The notes under the pieces are model-generated. The model was not told the origin of the DNA and did not search any database. It saw nothing but the letters and a program-made list of their open reading frames with translations. From NCBI GenBank assembly GCA_964628035.1, contig CAZVPI010000008.1, forward strand, positions 29,437-93,436: a DNA stretch of 64,000 nucleotides, in the 5' to 3' direction. This DNA is from an uncultured Clostridia bacterium. GTDB lineage: Bacteria; Acidobacteriota; Aminicenantia; UBA2199. Every line of letters starts with the position of its first letter. The stretch's first letter is position 1. The position numbers and the translations under genes were made by a program. Shown piece after piece: positions 41,098 to 50,729 of this stretch.

Positions 41098-43980
41098 ATG
41101 CCCGAAAAGCCGAACGGAGTTCAAGAAGCAAACCCCGACGCCACCCCCTGGCACGCCCTGAGCGCCGCCGAGGTCGCCCGCGAGCTCGCCACCCCGGCCG
41201 GCCGCGGCCTGGACGAGGAGGAGGCCGCCCGGCGCCGCGATCTGCACGGCCGCAACGAGATCGCGGCCGCGCCGCGCCCCACCTTCCTGAAGCTGCTGCT
41301 GGCCCAGTTCGACAACTTCATCATCCTGCTGCTGATCGGCGCCGCCGCCGTCTCCGGCTTCCTGGGGGAGTGGATCGAGGCGGCGGCCATCCTGGCCATC
41401 GTGCTGCTGAACGCCTTCCTGGGCGTGATCCAGGAGCAGCGGGCCGAGCAGGCGCTGGCCGCGCTCAAGAAGCTGGCGGCGCCCGAGGCGCAGGTGCTGC
41501 GCAACGGCTCGCGGCGCTCGCTGCCGGCGCCCGAGCTGGTTCCGGGCGACATCGTGTTCATCGAGGCCGGCAACTACGTGCCGGCCGACCTGCGCCTGCT
41601 GGAGGCGGTGAACCTGCGCCTGGAGGAGGCGGCGCTGACCGGCGAGTCGCTGCCGGTGGAAAAGGACGCCGCCATCCGCCTGGAGGCCGACGTGCCGCTC
41701 GGCGACAGGCGCAACACCGCCTTCATGGGCACGCTGGCCGCCGCCGGCCGCGGCACCGGCATCGTGGTCAGCACCGGCATGCACACGCAGATCGGGCTGA
41801 TCGCCGCCATGCTGCAGAAGGTCGAGCAGGAGTCGACGCCGCTGCAGAAGCGGCTGGACGGCCTGGGCAGGACTCTGGGCCTGGCCGCCATCGTCGTCTG
41901 CGCCGCCGTCTTCGCCCTCGGCCTGCTGCGCGGCCACGAGGCGCTGCAGATGTTCATGCTCGCCGTCGGCCTGGCCATCGCCGCCGTCCCCGAGGGGCTG
42001 CCGGCGGTGGTGACCATCAGCCTGGCCTTGGGCATGCGCGAGATGGTCAAGCGCCACGCCCTGATCCGCCGCCTGGCCTCGGTGGAGACGCTGGGCTCGA
42101 CCACGGTCATCTGCACCGACAAGACCGGCACCCTGACCCAGAACAAGATGACCGTCACCCGCCTGTGGGCCGACGACGACCTGGTCGAGGTCACCGACGC
42201 CGGCGCGGTGCTGGCCGGCGAGTTCCGCCAGAACGGCAGGGCCGTCGACATCAACGATCACCCGGCCATCGAGACCGCCCTGTGGATCGGCGCCCTGAAC
42301 AATGACGCCTGCATGGAGATCTCGGGCGAGAGCGGCGGCCGCGGCCCCACCTACCGCATGGTCGGCGACCCGACCGAGGGGGCGCTGCTGGTGGCGGCGG
42401 CCAAGGCCGGCTGCCTGCCGCGGCCCCTGTCCGAGGCCTACCCGCGCGTCTCCGAGGTGCCCTTCGACGCCACGCGCAAGAACATGATCACCGTGCACCA
42501 CATCTTCGCCCCGCGCCTGGCCGACTCCTCGCCCTTCGACGAGAGCCACCGCGACAGCGGCTACGCCGTGGCCGTCAAAGGAGCCCCCGACATGGTGCTG
42601 AAGCTGTGCAGCCGCTACCAGCGCCGCGACAACAGCGTGGCCCCGCTCGACGAGGCGACCCGCCAGCGCATCCTGGAGGCCAACACGGCCATGACCCGCG
42701 CCGCCCTGCGCGTGCTGGGCTTCGCCTACCGCGTCGACCAGGAGAAGCCCGACCCCCAGGACGTGCCGACGCTGGAGCGGGACCTGGTCTTCGTCGGCCT
42801 GGCCGGCATGATCGACCCGCCGCGCGCCGAGGTGGCGCCGGCGCTGGCCAACGCCGCCGCGGCCGGCATCCGCACCATCATGATCACCGGCGACTACCCG
42901 GAGACGGCGCGGGCCATCGCCTCATCGATCGGCCTGCTGCGCCCCGGCCACCAGGTGCTCAGCGGCCGCGACGTCGACCTGCGCAGCGCCGACGAGCTGC
43001 GGCGCGAGGTGCGCCGCACCGACGTCTTCGCCCGCGTCTCGCCCGAGCACAAGCTGCGCATCGTCGAGGCGCTGCGCGCCGAGGGCGAGGTGGTGGCCAT
43101 GACCGGCGACGGCGTCAACGACGCCCCCTCGATCAAGGCCGCCGACATCGGCGTGGCCATGGGCATCACCGGCACCGACGTGGCCAAGGAGAGCGCCGAC
43201 ATGGTGCTCACCGACGACAACTACGCCAGCATCGTCTCGGCCGTCGAGCAGGGCCGGATCATCTACGACAACATCCGCAAGTTCGTCTTCTTCCTCCTCT
43301 CCTCGAACGTGGCCGAGATCGCCATCATCTTCCTGGCCACCCTGGCCGGCCTGCCGGCGCCGCTGACCGTCATCCAGCTGCTGTGGCTGAACCTGCTGAC
43401 CGACGGCGCGCCGGCGCTGGCGCTGGCCATGGAGAAGGGCGACCCGGAGATCATGAAGCGCAAGCCGCGCCCGCCGGCCGAGCCGGTGATCAACTCCACC
43501 ATGCGCCTGGGCATCGTTGTGCAGACCGTGGCCCAGGCCGGCGCCGTGCTGACGGCGTTCGCCCTGGGGCTGCTCTGGCACCTGCGCGCCGGCGACGCGC
43601 TGCCCCCCGGCGCCAACCCCGTCGCCTTCCTGCTCGGCTACGACTGGCGCGGCCTGGACGTGCAGACCGCCGAGACCATGGCCTTCGTCACCCTGTCGCT
43701 GTGCGAGCTGTTCCGCGCCTACACCGTGCGCTCCGAGCGCCTGTCGGTGTTCCGCATCGGCGTCTTCTCCAACCGCTCCATGCAGCTGGCGGTGGGCGTC
43801 TCGCTGGCGCTGCTGTTCCTCGTCGTGTCCGTGCCGTTCCTGCAGCCTGTTTTCAACACCCATTTTCCCAGCGCCCGCGAGTGGGCGGTCGTGCTTGGAC
43901 TAGCCTTAGTGCCTGCTATGGCTGAAGAAATCACCAAGTGGTTCTTGCGGCGAGCTGACAAGAAACGGTTCTCGGCATAA
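41098..43980 (+). CDS. P-type cation-transporting ATPase (P2, Ca2+-ATPase-like)
   Basis: N-terminal domain HALSAAEVAREL...GL. Phosphorylation site ICTDKTGTLT. TGES. MITGDYPETA. Hinge MTGDGVNDAPSIKAADIGVAMG. Confidence 0.9.
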   Translation: MPEKPNGVQEANPDATPWHALSAAEVARELATPAGRGLDEEEAARRRDLHGRNEIAAAPRPTFLKLLLAQFDNFIILLLIGAAAVSGFLGEWIEAAAILAIVLLNAFLGVIQEQRAEQALAALKKLAAPEAQVLRNGSRRSLPAPELVPGDIVFIEAGNYVPADLRLLEAVNLRLEEAALTGESLPVEKDAAIRLEADVPLGDRRNTAFMGTLAAAGRGTGIVVSTGMHTQIGLIAAMLQKVEQESTPLQKRLDGLGRTLGLAAIVVCAAVFALGLLRGHEALQMFMLAVGLAIAAVPEGLPAVVTISLALGMREMVKRHALIRRLASVETLGSTTVICTDKTGTLTQNKMTVTRLWADDDLVEVTDAGAVLAGEFRQNGRAVDINDHPAIETALWIGALNNDACMEISGESGGRGPTYRMVGDPTEGALLVAAAKAGCLPRPLSEAYPRVSEVPFDATRKNMITVHHIFAPRLADSSPFDESHRDSGYAVAVKGAPDMVLKLCSRYQRRDNSVAPLDEATRQRILEANTAMTRAALRVLGFAYRVDQEKPDPQDVPTLERDLVFVGLAGMIDPPRAEVAPALANAAAAGIRTIMITGDYPETARAIASSIGLLRPGHQVLSGRDVDLRSADELRREVRRTDVFARVSPEHKLRIVEALRAEGEVVAMTGDGVNDAPSIKAADIGVAMGITGTDVAKESADMVLTDDNYASIVSAVEQGRIIYDNIRKFVFFLLSSNVAEIAIIFLATLAGLPAPLTVIQLLWLNLLTDGAPALALAMEKGDPEIMKRKPRPPAEPVINSTMRLGIVVQTVAQAGAVLTAFALGLLWHLRAGDALPPGANPVAFLLGYDWRGLDVQTAETMAFVTLSLCELFRAYTVRSERLSVFRIGVFSNRSMQLAVGVSLALLFLVVSVPFLQPVFNTHFPSAREWAVVLGLALVPAMAEEITKWFLRRADKKRFSA

Positions 43981-44088
43981 GGCGTAAGGCTTAGGGTGCA
44001 AGGGAAAAGCCATAGACCGTTCTTTGCTTTCCCTAAGCTGAGGTCTTTTCTTTTTTCCTTACGCCTTACGCCCTGCGCCCTACGCCGA
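43971..44088. mobile_element. MITE/REP-like element, family 2, copy B (short)
   Basis: The left end CTCGGCATAAGGCGTAAGGCTTAGGG overlaps the ATPase stop (TCG GCA TAA). The right end CCTTACGCCTTACGCCCTGCGCCCTACGCCGAG is its inverted complement. Confidence 0.55.
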
Positions 44089-44130
44089 GGACCTTGAAAA
44101 TCCCCTGAATCTGCGCTACAATCAATCATC

Positions 44131-44907
44131 ATGCGAAATCCGTTCAAACGCACGCCCAAGCCTCCCAAGCCGCCCAGAACCGTCTCCGTCTTCCGCGAGT
44201 ATTTCGAGCTCATCGCCGAGACGCTGATCTACGTGTTCTTCGTCAACACCTTCCTGCTGCAGTCTTTCGTCATCCCCACCCCCTCGATGGAGAGCACGCT
44301 GCTGGTCGGCGACCACCTGCTGGTCAACAAGGTGGCCTATTCCAACTCCATCAGCAAGCTCGGCAACTTCCTGCTGCCGCAGGTGGAGATCCGGCGCGGC
44401 ATGATCGTCACCTTCAAGGCGCCGCCCGACATGGAGAAGGAGTACGTCAAGCGCGTGATCGGCATGCCCGGCGACCGGCTGCGCATCGAGGGCCGCAGGG
44501 TGTTCGTCAACGGCCGGCAGCTCCCCGAGACCTACACGCAGTACATCGGCAGCGACTCCGCGGCCGGGTTCCCTCCGCAGAACCACTACGACTGGTACTT
44601 CCAGTTCCCCGTCAAGTTGCGCACGACGCAGCGGAACCCCGACGGCAGCGTCGACTACGTCGTCCCCCAGCGCTATTACTTCTGCATGGGCGACAACCGC
44701 GACAACTCCTTCGACTCCCGCTACTGGGGGCCGGTCCCCTTCGACTATGTCGTAGGCAGGCCCTGGCGCATCTATTGGTCGTACGAGTCGAACACCGAGG
44801 AGTACCTGACGCCGGGGCTGATCTACAAAATCAAGGACATCGCCTTGACTGTCGTGAGGTTTTTCTCGCATACCAGGTGGGAGAGAACTATTAAGGCTAT
44901 TGAATAG
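44131..44907 (+). CDS. lepB: Signal peptidase I
   Basis: PTPSMESTLLVGDHLLVNK is the S26 Ser box. KRVIGMPGD is the Lys box. GDNRDNSFDSRYWG. Confidence 0.9.
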   Translation: MRNPFKRTPKPPKPPRTVSVFREYFELIAETLIYVFFVNTFLLQSFVIPTPSMESTLLVGDHLLVNKVAYSNSISKLGNFLLPQVEIRRGMIVTFKAPPDMEKEYVKRVIGMPGDRLRIEGRRVFVNGRQLPETYTQYIGSDSAAGFPPQNHYDWYFQFPVKLRTTQRNPDGSVDYVVPQRYYFCMGDNRDNSFDSRYWGPVPFDYVVGRPWRIYWSYESNTEEYLTPGLIYKIKDIALTVVRFFSHTRWERTIKAIE

Positions 44908-44924
44908 AAACGAGCTCAGGACAA

Positions 44925-44976
44925 TTCAGCAACTGGAAGGTACGACGGTCCATCGAGGCACCATGTACCAGGTACC
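44925..44976 (+). repeat. Family B dispersed repeat, copy 5
   Basis: TTCAGCAACTGGAAGGTACGACGGTCCATCGAGGCACCATGTACCAGGTACC. Confidence 0.6.
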
Positions 44977-45044
44977 CAATACCATGTTAATGACAGAGGA
45001 ATGGCCACGGCAGAGACATCGGTATTCAACGTGGAACATAGAAT

Positions 45045-46910
45045 GTGGTACTTGGAACATCTAACAGAGCGTTCAGTTCCTTCGAATGGCGCGAGAGCCG
45101 ATATAATTTGACAAAGCAGCAAGAAATAAGCCACTTTAAAGGGCACTGGCTGGTTAATTATCAGAAGGAACAATACACTTTTCAAGATATTTTAGTTATT
45201 TTGCTTGAAATTCAGGATTATTTTAACAAAAACGGCATTGAATTTGAGAATTTAAATGTAAAAATCAATAATAAAGGCGATAAAAGTCATTATTTTAAAG
45301 AAAACCAAACTGTTTACTTGAATATTGGCGATAATTTGGCTGAATTTGAGGAAATTGGCAAAAAACCGGAAGAAATCGCCAAGTTCAAGGCACTAGGGAA
45401 ACCTGTCAAGACAGTTTCGCTGCTGTTTCCCAGGCTGGAAAGCGATCCAAGATGGCGGAGCATGGGGATGCCGGCAGGGCAGCTCCTATTGTCGTCAAGC
45501 CTCAAAGCCCATGGATTCGAGCCGGTTCCCCTTGCACTGGCGATTCCGGGCAAAATAAGCCTTTCTGGGGCGTTTTCGGTGGATTTGGCCGGCTTCACCC
45601 TGTTCGAGGACCTTCTGCCCCTCCTGAGGCCGGTTTTGGCCGATTTTCGCCTATCCTACAGGGGAATCGTGGCCGCAGGCGGCCCCTTCCCCACCCTGGC
45701 CCCCATGGCGGCCATGTACCACCTGCCCGAGATCAATTTAATGGTCCGCGGCGAGGCCGAATTCGTCCTGCCCGGGATCCTCGCTGCCTTGAATAAGAGT
45801 GACGCCGAAGGGTTCTTCTCCCATGAAGGGGTCTTCTGGCATCACGACGGGGTGATCGCCATGGCCGGCTTCGACAAGGTGGTTAGGCCGGACGACCTGG
45901 CCTCCCTGCCAATTGACCTGGGCTTCCTGAAGCCCAACGACCTGGGCAACGGCCTGGAGATGAACTTCTCCCGCGGCTGCCGCAGGGGCTGCGTCTTCTG
46001 CTGCCGGGCCCAGGGGAGCCGCATGCGGAAGATGCCGCCGTGGAAGGCCGGAGAGCTGCTGTCGGCTTACGCCGGCAAGGTCGACCGGCTCGGCGCCGGC
46101 GGCGTGGCAACCAGGACGGTCAACATCAACGACGACGACATCCTGCAGGACCCCGCATACGCCCGGGATATCTTTGCGGCCATCAAGCGGCAGGGGCTGC
46201 GCATTTTCGGCATCCAGACCTCGACCGCATCGCTGGCCAAGGCCGACGGCTCGCCGAACGCCCAGGTTCTCGAGTTGGCCGCCGACTCCGACCTTTTCGT
46301 CAATAGCGCTCCCCTGCTATGGCTGGGGACCGACACGTTCCTGCAAGGCCGCGCCCAACGGCTGGGAAAGAAGCTTCCTCCGCCTGCTCAATTCAGGGAA
46401 CTGCTGGCGGAGATGGAGCGACGGCGGATCCGCCATTATCACTATTGGATCAGCAGCGACGGCGATTCCACCTGGCCCGAATTCGTCGGGGAATTGGAAT
46501 CGATCTTTTCACTTTTCAAGGATTTCCCGAACTTCGGCCTTCTGGCCCACGCCCCCTTCCTCGTCCCCTATCCTTCCAGCGTCCTGTTCTCCCAGCTGCC
46601 AGAAAGCGATCCACGCCTGAAGATCAAGCTGGACATGGAAGCCCCCGATCCGCGCTTCCGCTACAAGGTCGTCGAGCGCATGGAGGCGTCCTGGCCCCAG
46701 CTCAATGCCCTGCTGCGCAACGAAAAGGCCGGAGGCGAGAAGGGCTTTTTTGATTTCCTGAAAGAAAAGGATCTAACGGCCGCCGCCCAGTTAGGGTATC
46801 ATTTTTTAAAGCAGGAAATGTTTCAAGACCCAAGGCGGGAGCCAGAGTTGCAAATCGCCAAGGGGATGCTGGAAGAAGTAATCGAAGATTACCTTGATCG
46901 TGGCTCGTGA
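45045..46910 (+). CDS. Radical SAM protein (probable B12-binding-domain class) with an N-terminal about 110-aa region encoded by about 30% GC DNA
   Basis: CxxxCxxC radical-SAM cluster motif in NFSRGCRRGCVFCC. The preceding ...MVRGEAEFVLPGIL resembles a cobalamin-binding Rossmann segment. Nucleotides about 45100-45420 are strongly AT-rich yet keep an open frame encoding Lys/Asn/Glu-rich protein-like sequence. The exact start is uncertain. Confidence 0.7.
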   Translation: MVLGTSNRAFSSFEWRESRYNLTKQQEISHFKGHWLVNYQKEQYTFQDILVILLEIQDYFNKNGIEFENLNVKINNKGDKSHYFKENQTVYLNIGDNLAEFEEIGKKPEEIAKFKALGKPVKTVSLLFPRLESDPRWRSMGMPAGQLLLSSSLKAHGFEPVPLALAIPGKISLSGAFSVDLAGFTLFEDLLPLLRPVLADFRLSYRGIVAAGGPFPTLAPMAAMYHLPEINLMVRGEAEFVLPGILAALNKSDAEGFFSHEGVFWHHDGVIAMAGFDKVVRPDDLASLPIDLGFLKPNDLGNGLEMNFSRGCRRGCVFCCRAQGSRMRKMPPWKAGELLSAYAGKVDRLGAGGVATRTVNINDDDILQDPAYARDIFAAIKRQGLRIFGIQTSTASLAKADGSPNAQVLELAADSDLFVNSAPLLWLGTDTFLQGRAQRLGKKLPPPAQFRELLAEMERRRIRHYHYWISSDGDSTWPEFVGELESIFSLFKDFPNFGLLAHAPFLVPYPSSVLFSQLPESDPRLKIKLDMEAPDPRFRYKVVERMEASWPQLNALLRNEKAGGEKGFFDFLKEKDLTAAAQLGYHFLKQEMFQDPRREPELQIAKGMLEEVIEDYLDRGS

Positions 46911-47031
46911 TTCGTGATTGGAACAGCAATAGTCGGTCTACTTGTATCTCTCATCAACTATTGCCATGGCTCGCAAATTTTCCATGCATGCTTTTCTCCA
47001 ATCACTGATCACTCATTACTAATCACGGATC
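46905..47031. mobile_element. MITE/REP-like element, family 4 (GTGATTCGTGATTGG-type ends), between convergent genes
   Basis: The left end CTCGTGATTCGTGATTGGAACAGCAATAG overlaps the radical-SAM stop (TCG TGA). The right end CCAATCACTGATCACTCATTACTAATCACGGATC overlaps the methyltransferase stop (TAG on the minus strand). Confidence 0.55.
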
Positions 47032-48401
47032 CTGCGCATGAGATACAGCACCCTCTTCGACCCTGCTACGGCTTCCCTGCGCTCGATCGCAAAATGCTTC
47101 TGGAACTCGCGTTCGAACCCCTCTTGGGTGTAGCCCGGGAAGACGTCCTCGCGGGTGGCCAGCAGCAGCCGCACCTGCGAATCGTCCTTGGGGATGAACT
47201 CGACGACCAGGCTGCGGCACAGGCGGCTGAAGAAGAGGGCGATCCTGGCCAGGGGCAGGTTGTTGCTGATGGCGAGGTGGTGGACCAGCGCCAGCGCCAG
47301 GACCATGTCGACGGGGCCGCGCTCCAGCAGCGACATGCGCTCGGTGTTCTCCCAGCCGATGCCCGGGCTGGGGTTGGTCATGTCGCCGACCAGGGGCAGG
47401 AGGAACTTGTCCTTCTCCCTGCGGCACTGCAGGTAGTTCTTCTCCACGGCGGCGGCGTCGATGTCGATGGCCACGGTGCGGATGCCGCGCGAGGAGGCCA
47501 GGCGGCTGAAGACGCCGCGGTTGGCGCCGATGTCCCAGACGTCGCGCGGCCCGCCCTGCAGGCACCCGGCGACGAATTCCCTCTTGGCCGCGAACGCCTG
47601 GTCGGAATAATTCGTGCCGTCGTAATATTCGGCCCATTCGCTGCCGCCCGGGCGCCAGGAGAGGTTGCGCACCGCCCCCTCCAGGCTGTTCAGCAGGGCC
47701 AGCAGCGCGAAGCGGCTCATGGGCCGTGACTTGGCCTGGACCGGCTTGTCGGCGTAGCGCTTCTGGGCGCGGGCGTGGGCGTGGATGTGGGACAGGAGCG
47801 AGAATTTCAGCCGCGTGCGCCAGGGCAGCAGGGCCGAGGCCAGGTCGAGCGGCAGGCCGTCCAGGTGCAGCCGCGACAGCTGGTTCAGGCGCACGTCGCG
47901 CCAGGCCATGATCGCCAGCGGCGCCAGGAAGTGCTGGCAGAACTGGCGGTAGGCCACCCAGGGCCGCCCTTCCGGGCAGCGCTCGAAGGAGAGGGTGTCG
48001 ATCAGCTGCGGCCGGCCGTCGACGAACTGCACGTTGTAGGCGCTGGCGTCCTTGAGCGACAGGCCGTGCTCCAGCGCCAGCTTCTGGATTTCCAGCGTCA
48101 GCAGCGCCGCGTCCTTGAGCTGGCTGAAGCTCCACTCGTAGGGGTAGGAGATGAAGGGGATCTTTTGCGGGCGGATGACCTTGTAGGCAAGATCCGGGGC
48201 CGCCGGCTCCGCATCGCATTCCTCGTGCGGGGTCAGCCGGTTGTCGGCAGCGAGCTTGTCGTAAAGCCCGGAGGCGATCAGGAGGTCGTAATCCTGGCGG
48301 CAGACCCGGTTGATTTGGCGGTAGAGAATGCCGTCGCGCCGGAACAGGAACCCGCTGGGGTCGCGGAAGGAGCCGGAGACGGCCTCCCGGTCACTGGCCA
48401 T
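47019..48401 (-). CDS. Two-domain protein: N-terminal domain of unknown function plus C-terminal class I SAM-dependent methyltransferase
   Basis: VWDIGANRGVFS is the SAM-binding G-loop. An acidic residue follows in AIDID. The N-terminal about 250 aa has no recognised motif. Protein-like composition. Confidence 0.7.
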   Translation of the reverse strand: MASDREAVSGSFRDPSGFLFRRDGILYRQINRVCRQDYDLLIASGLYDKLAADNRLTPHEECDAEPAAPDLAYKVIRPQKIPFISYPYEWSFSQLKDAALLTLEIQKLALEHGLSLKDASAYNVQFVDGRPQLIDTLSFERCPEGRPWVAYRQFCQHFLAPLAIMAWRDVRLNQLSRLHLDGLPLDLASALLPWRTRLKFSLLSHIHAHARAQKRYADKPVQAKSRPMSRFALLALLNSLEGAVRNLSWRPGGSEWAEYYDGTNYSDQAFAAKREFVAGCLQGGPRDVWDIGANRGVFSRLASSRGIRTVAIDIDAAAVEKNYLQCRREKDKFLLPLVGDMTNPSPGIGWENTERMSLLERGPVDMVLALALVHHLAISNNLPLARIALFFSRLCRSLVVEFIPKDDSQVRLLLATREDVFPGYTQEGFEREFQKHFAIERREAVAGSKRVLYLMRRIRD

Positions 48402-48615
48402 CGGTTTTTTTCGAGAACAGCCCCGAGACGAATTTCCTTATCTTCTGCCAGTAGATCTTGACGGCGAAGGAGGCCGCGACCAGGGCGGCGACGATGACCT
48501 GGAAGACGTAGCTGCCCGTGCCCGGGTCGATGTAGCCGTAGGAGTAGATCGGGAAGAGCAGAGAAACAGCCAGGACCAGCAGCAGGGTCTCAAAAGGCCT
48601 CTTGAATGCCCTCAT
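48391..48615 (-). CDS. Small hypothetical membrane protein (74 aa, two TM helices) overlapping the methyltransferase start by 11 nt
   Basis: MRAFKRPFETLLLVLAVSLLFPIYSYGYIDPGTGSYVFQVIVAALVAASFAVKIYWQKIRKFV. Hydrophobic helices flank a YIDPGTGS turn. Confidence 0.4.
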   Translation of the reverse strand: MRAFKRPFETLLLVLAVSLLFPIYSYGYIDPGTGSYVFQVIVAALVAASFAVKIYWQKIRKFVSGLFSKKTDGQ

Positions 48616-48679
48616 AGTTGCACCTCAATTGAATGGGTATCCGTTTCAAATGATCTTCCGGCAAGAAGCATGACAGAAA

Positions 48680-48830
48680 TAGTATACCCCTTTTTTGTTG
48701 AAAAGCCAAGCAGGAAACAGAGAAACCGGGAAGACCCAAGAAAAGGACGCAAAAAAGGTAAAAGGTGAAAGTGGAAGAGAAGGCCCAGTCAAGGGAAGAG
48801 AAAAGAGGGGAAAAAAAGAGGAAGGCCCTA
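48680..48830 (+). repeat. About 150-nt polypurine (A/G) tract with almost no T, carrying AAAAGCCAAG-type motifs
   Basis: AAAAGCCAAGCAGGAAACAGAGAAACCGGGAAGACCCAAGAAAAGGACGCAAAAAAGGTAAAAGGTGAAAGTGGAAGAGAAGG... Confidence 0.7.
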
Positions 48831-48840
48831 ATTCGAGCTT

Positions 48841-49075
48841 TTGGATGCTTTTAAGCTTATCGAAGCGGGGATGTTTTTAAGTGCGGCCGATTCGCCAAGA
48901 AGTGATTCGGTTTCTTTGGAATTGTTCAAATCCATCTCGCCGAGGATCCGAAGCCAATGGTCCGCTTCCCGGATTTCCTTTAAAGATGTTTTCGCTTTGT
49001 TGCTAAAATCGGCACGAGAACAGGCGGCCTGCGCTTCCTCGTAATGTGCCCCGCAAGAGGTCGCGGCCTAGGTCA
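48841..49075 (-). pseudogene. Possible degenerate remnant of a four-helix-bundle (TIGR02436/Avd-like) gene, no start codon
   Basis: Minus-strand frame reads ...YEEAQAACSRADFSNKAKTSLKEIREADHWLRILGEMDLNNSKETESLLGESAALKNI. This weakly resembles the A.GSL.ELET.L.IA..LGY core of that family. Low confidence. Confidence 0.2.
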
Positions 49076-49389
49076 ATTGAAATTTCACTACATGCAGCGA
49101 TGAACCGCTTCCCTGGCGTCTTAGCATTTTTTTTGTATCAACCGCGAAGCGAAACAGCCCTGAGCACCGTTCCTTTCCTTTCCTTTAATTTGCCTGTGCT
49201 TATTAGAAACACCTGTACTTTCCGTCAACCACTTGCCACATTTTTCATGCAAGTCGGTTTATTCAAGGGCTTTTCACTTTTTCCTTTTGCCTTTTTCCTT
49301 TTGCCTTTCAAGTGCCACAGCACTTTCAAAACTATTGCATATGGCCTTGTTCTCAAGTATAATCGTTTTACTTCACCTCGAGGCCTCCT

Positions 49390-50262
49390 ATGAAAATCAC
49401 AACAAAAGACCTCCGTCGCAATCTGGCCGATCTGGCCCTGGTCGTGTTGGGCTCGGTCATCATGGGCATCGGCTATTCGCTGTTCCTGATCCCGCACCAC
49501 TTCGTCCCCGGGGGCGTCTCGGGCATCGCCATGATCGTCAACTACTTCAGCAGGCTGCCGCTGGGCATGCTGATCATGGTCCTGAACATTCCCGTGTTCA
49601 TCCTGGGCGTCAGGATCATGGGCAAGAAATACGCCCTGCGCTCGCTGCTGGGCATGGTCATCTCCTCGCTGTTCATCGACTTTTTCCAGGAGATCCTGGG
49701 CCTGAAATCGGCCACCGACAACACCATCCTGGCCGCCATATACGGCGGCTTCATGCTGGGGGTGGGGCTGGGGCTGGTCTTCCGCGGCCGCGCCTCGACC
49801 GGCGGCTCCGACATCCTGGGCCAGATCCTCAACCGCTGGACCGGCATGTCGGTGGGCATCGCCATCATGCTCATCGACTTCTTCATCATCTCGGCTTCGG
49901 GCGTGGCCTTCAAGCAGCTGGAAGCGCCGCTGTACGGCTACATCGTGCTGTTCATTTCCTCGAACGTCATCGATATGATCCTCGAGGGCTGGAATTACAC
50001 CAAGATGGTGCTCATCACATCAACAAAAAACGACGAGATCCAGGATTTCATCCTGAACACGTTGGACCGCGGCGGCACGGCGTTGCGCTCGCGCGGCCTG
50101 TACCTCAACCGCGAGGGCGAGACCATCCTGACCGTCATCCACCGCAAGCAGCTGCCCGAGTTGCGGCGCTTCGTCAAGGAGACCGACCCCCATGCCTTCG
50201 TCATCATCAATGACACCTATGCCGTCCTGGGCAAGGGATTTAAAGTCACGCAAGTCAACTAG
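49390..50262 (+). CDS. YitT-family membrane protein (DUF161 + DUF2179)
   Basis: GGAGG RBS. Four or five TM helices with a C-terminal soluble domain (...VLITSTKNDEIQDFIL...AFVIINDTYAVLGKGF). This layout is typical of YitT/YqfU. Confidence 0.8.
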   Translation: MKITTKDLRRNLADLALVVLGSVIMGIGYSLFLIPHHFVPGGVSGIAMIVNYFSRLPLGMLIMVLNIPVFILGVRIMGKKYALRSLLGMVISSLFIDFFQEILGLKSATDNTILAAIYGGFMLGVGLGLVFRGRASTGGSDILGQILNRWTGMSVGIAIMLIDFFIISASGVAFKQLEAPLYGYIVLFISSNVIDMILEGWNYTKMVLITSTKNDEIQDFILNTLDRGGTALRSRGLYLNREGETILTVIHRKQLPELRRFVKETDPHAFVIINDTYAVLGKGFKVTQVN

Positions 50263-50263
50263 C

Positions 50264-50722
50264 ACTCGGTAAACGGTACACGGTGGACGGTAGACGGTGA
50301 AAGCACGTAATGGAATTCCGAATATTCTGGAAAATTGGTTTACGGTTGACGGTACACGGCAGACGGAATGGCCCTAAAACAGCTTGACGCGTTCATTGGC
50401 TTTGCCATATCCCGCACAGCGTTTTTGTATGCCACACCGGTTGTCTATTTGAGCCGGAAGTATCACCCTCCGCTATATGGCTGGGGCTGGACACCGCCGC
50501 TCTGCGTGCTTGATCCCCAAGTCCAAAATCCTTGTCGCAACTCCCCTTCCCAGAGATATCCTATAATTTTACTGCCAGCCTTTTCCCTCTCTGGCAGGCT
50601 TTCAAATCCCGAAATCCCTGATGATCAGCCATTTCTTTGCTTCTCTCTTCCTATCTGCCGTCTACCGTCTTCCGTACGCCCATTTCTTCTTATTTTTCAC
50701 CGTAAACCGTCCACCGTCCACC
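50264..50722. mobile_element. MITE-like element, family 3 (GGT[GA][TG]ACGG-type inverted ends), about 460 bp
   Basis: The left end CACTCGGTAAACGGTACACGGTGGACGGTAGACGGTGAAA lies directly after the YitT stop. The right end TTTCACCGTAAACCGTCCACCGTCCACC lies 7 nt before the Wzc stop. The internal 141-codon ORF is not protein-like. Confidence 0.5.
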
Positions 50723-50729
50723 AATTTCT

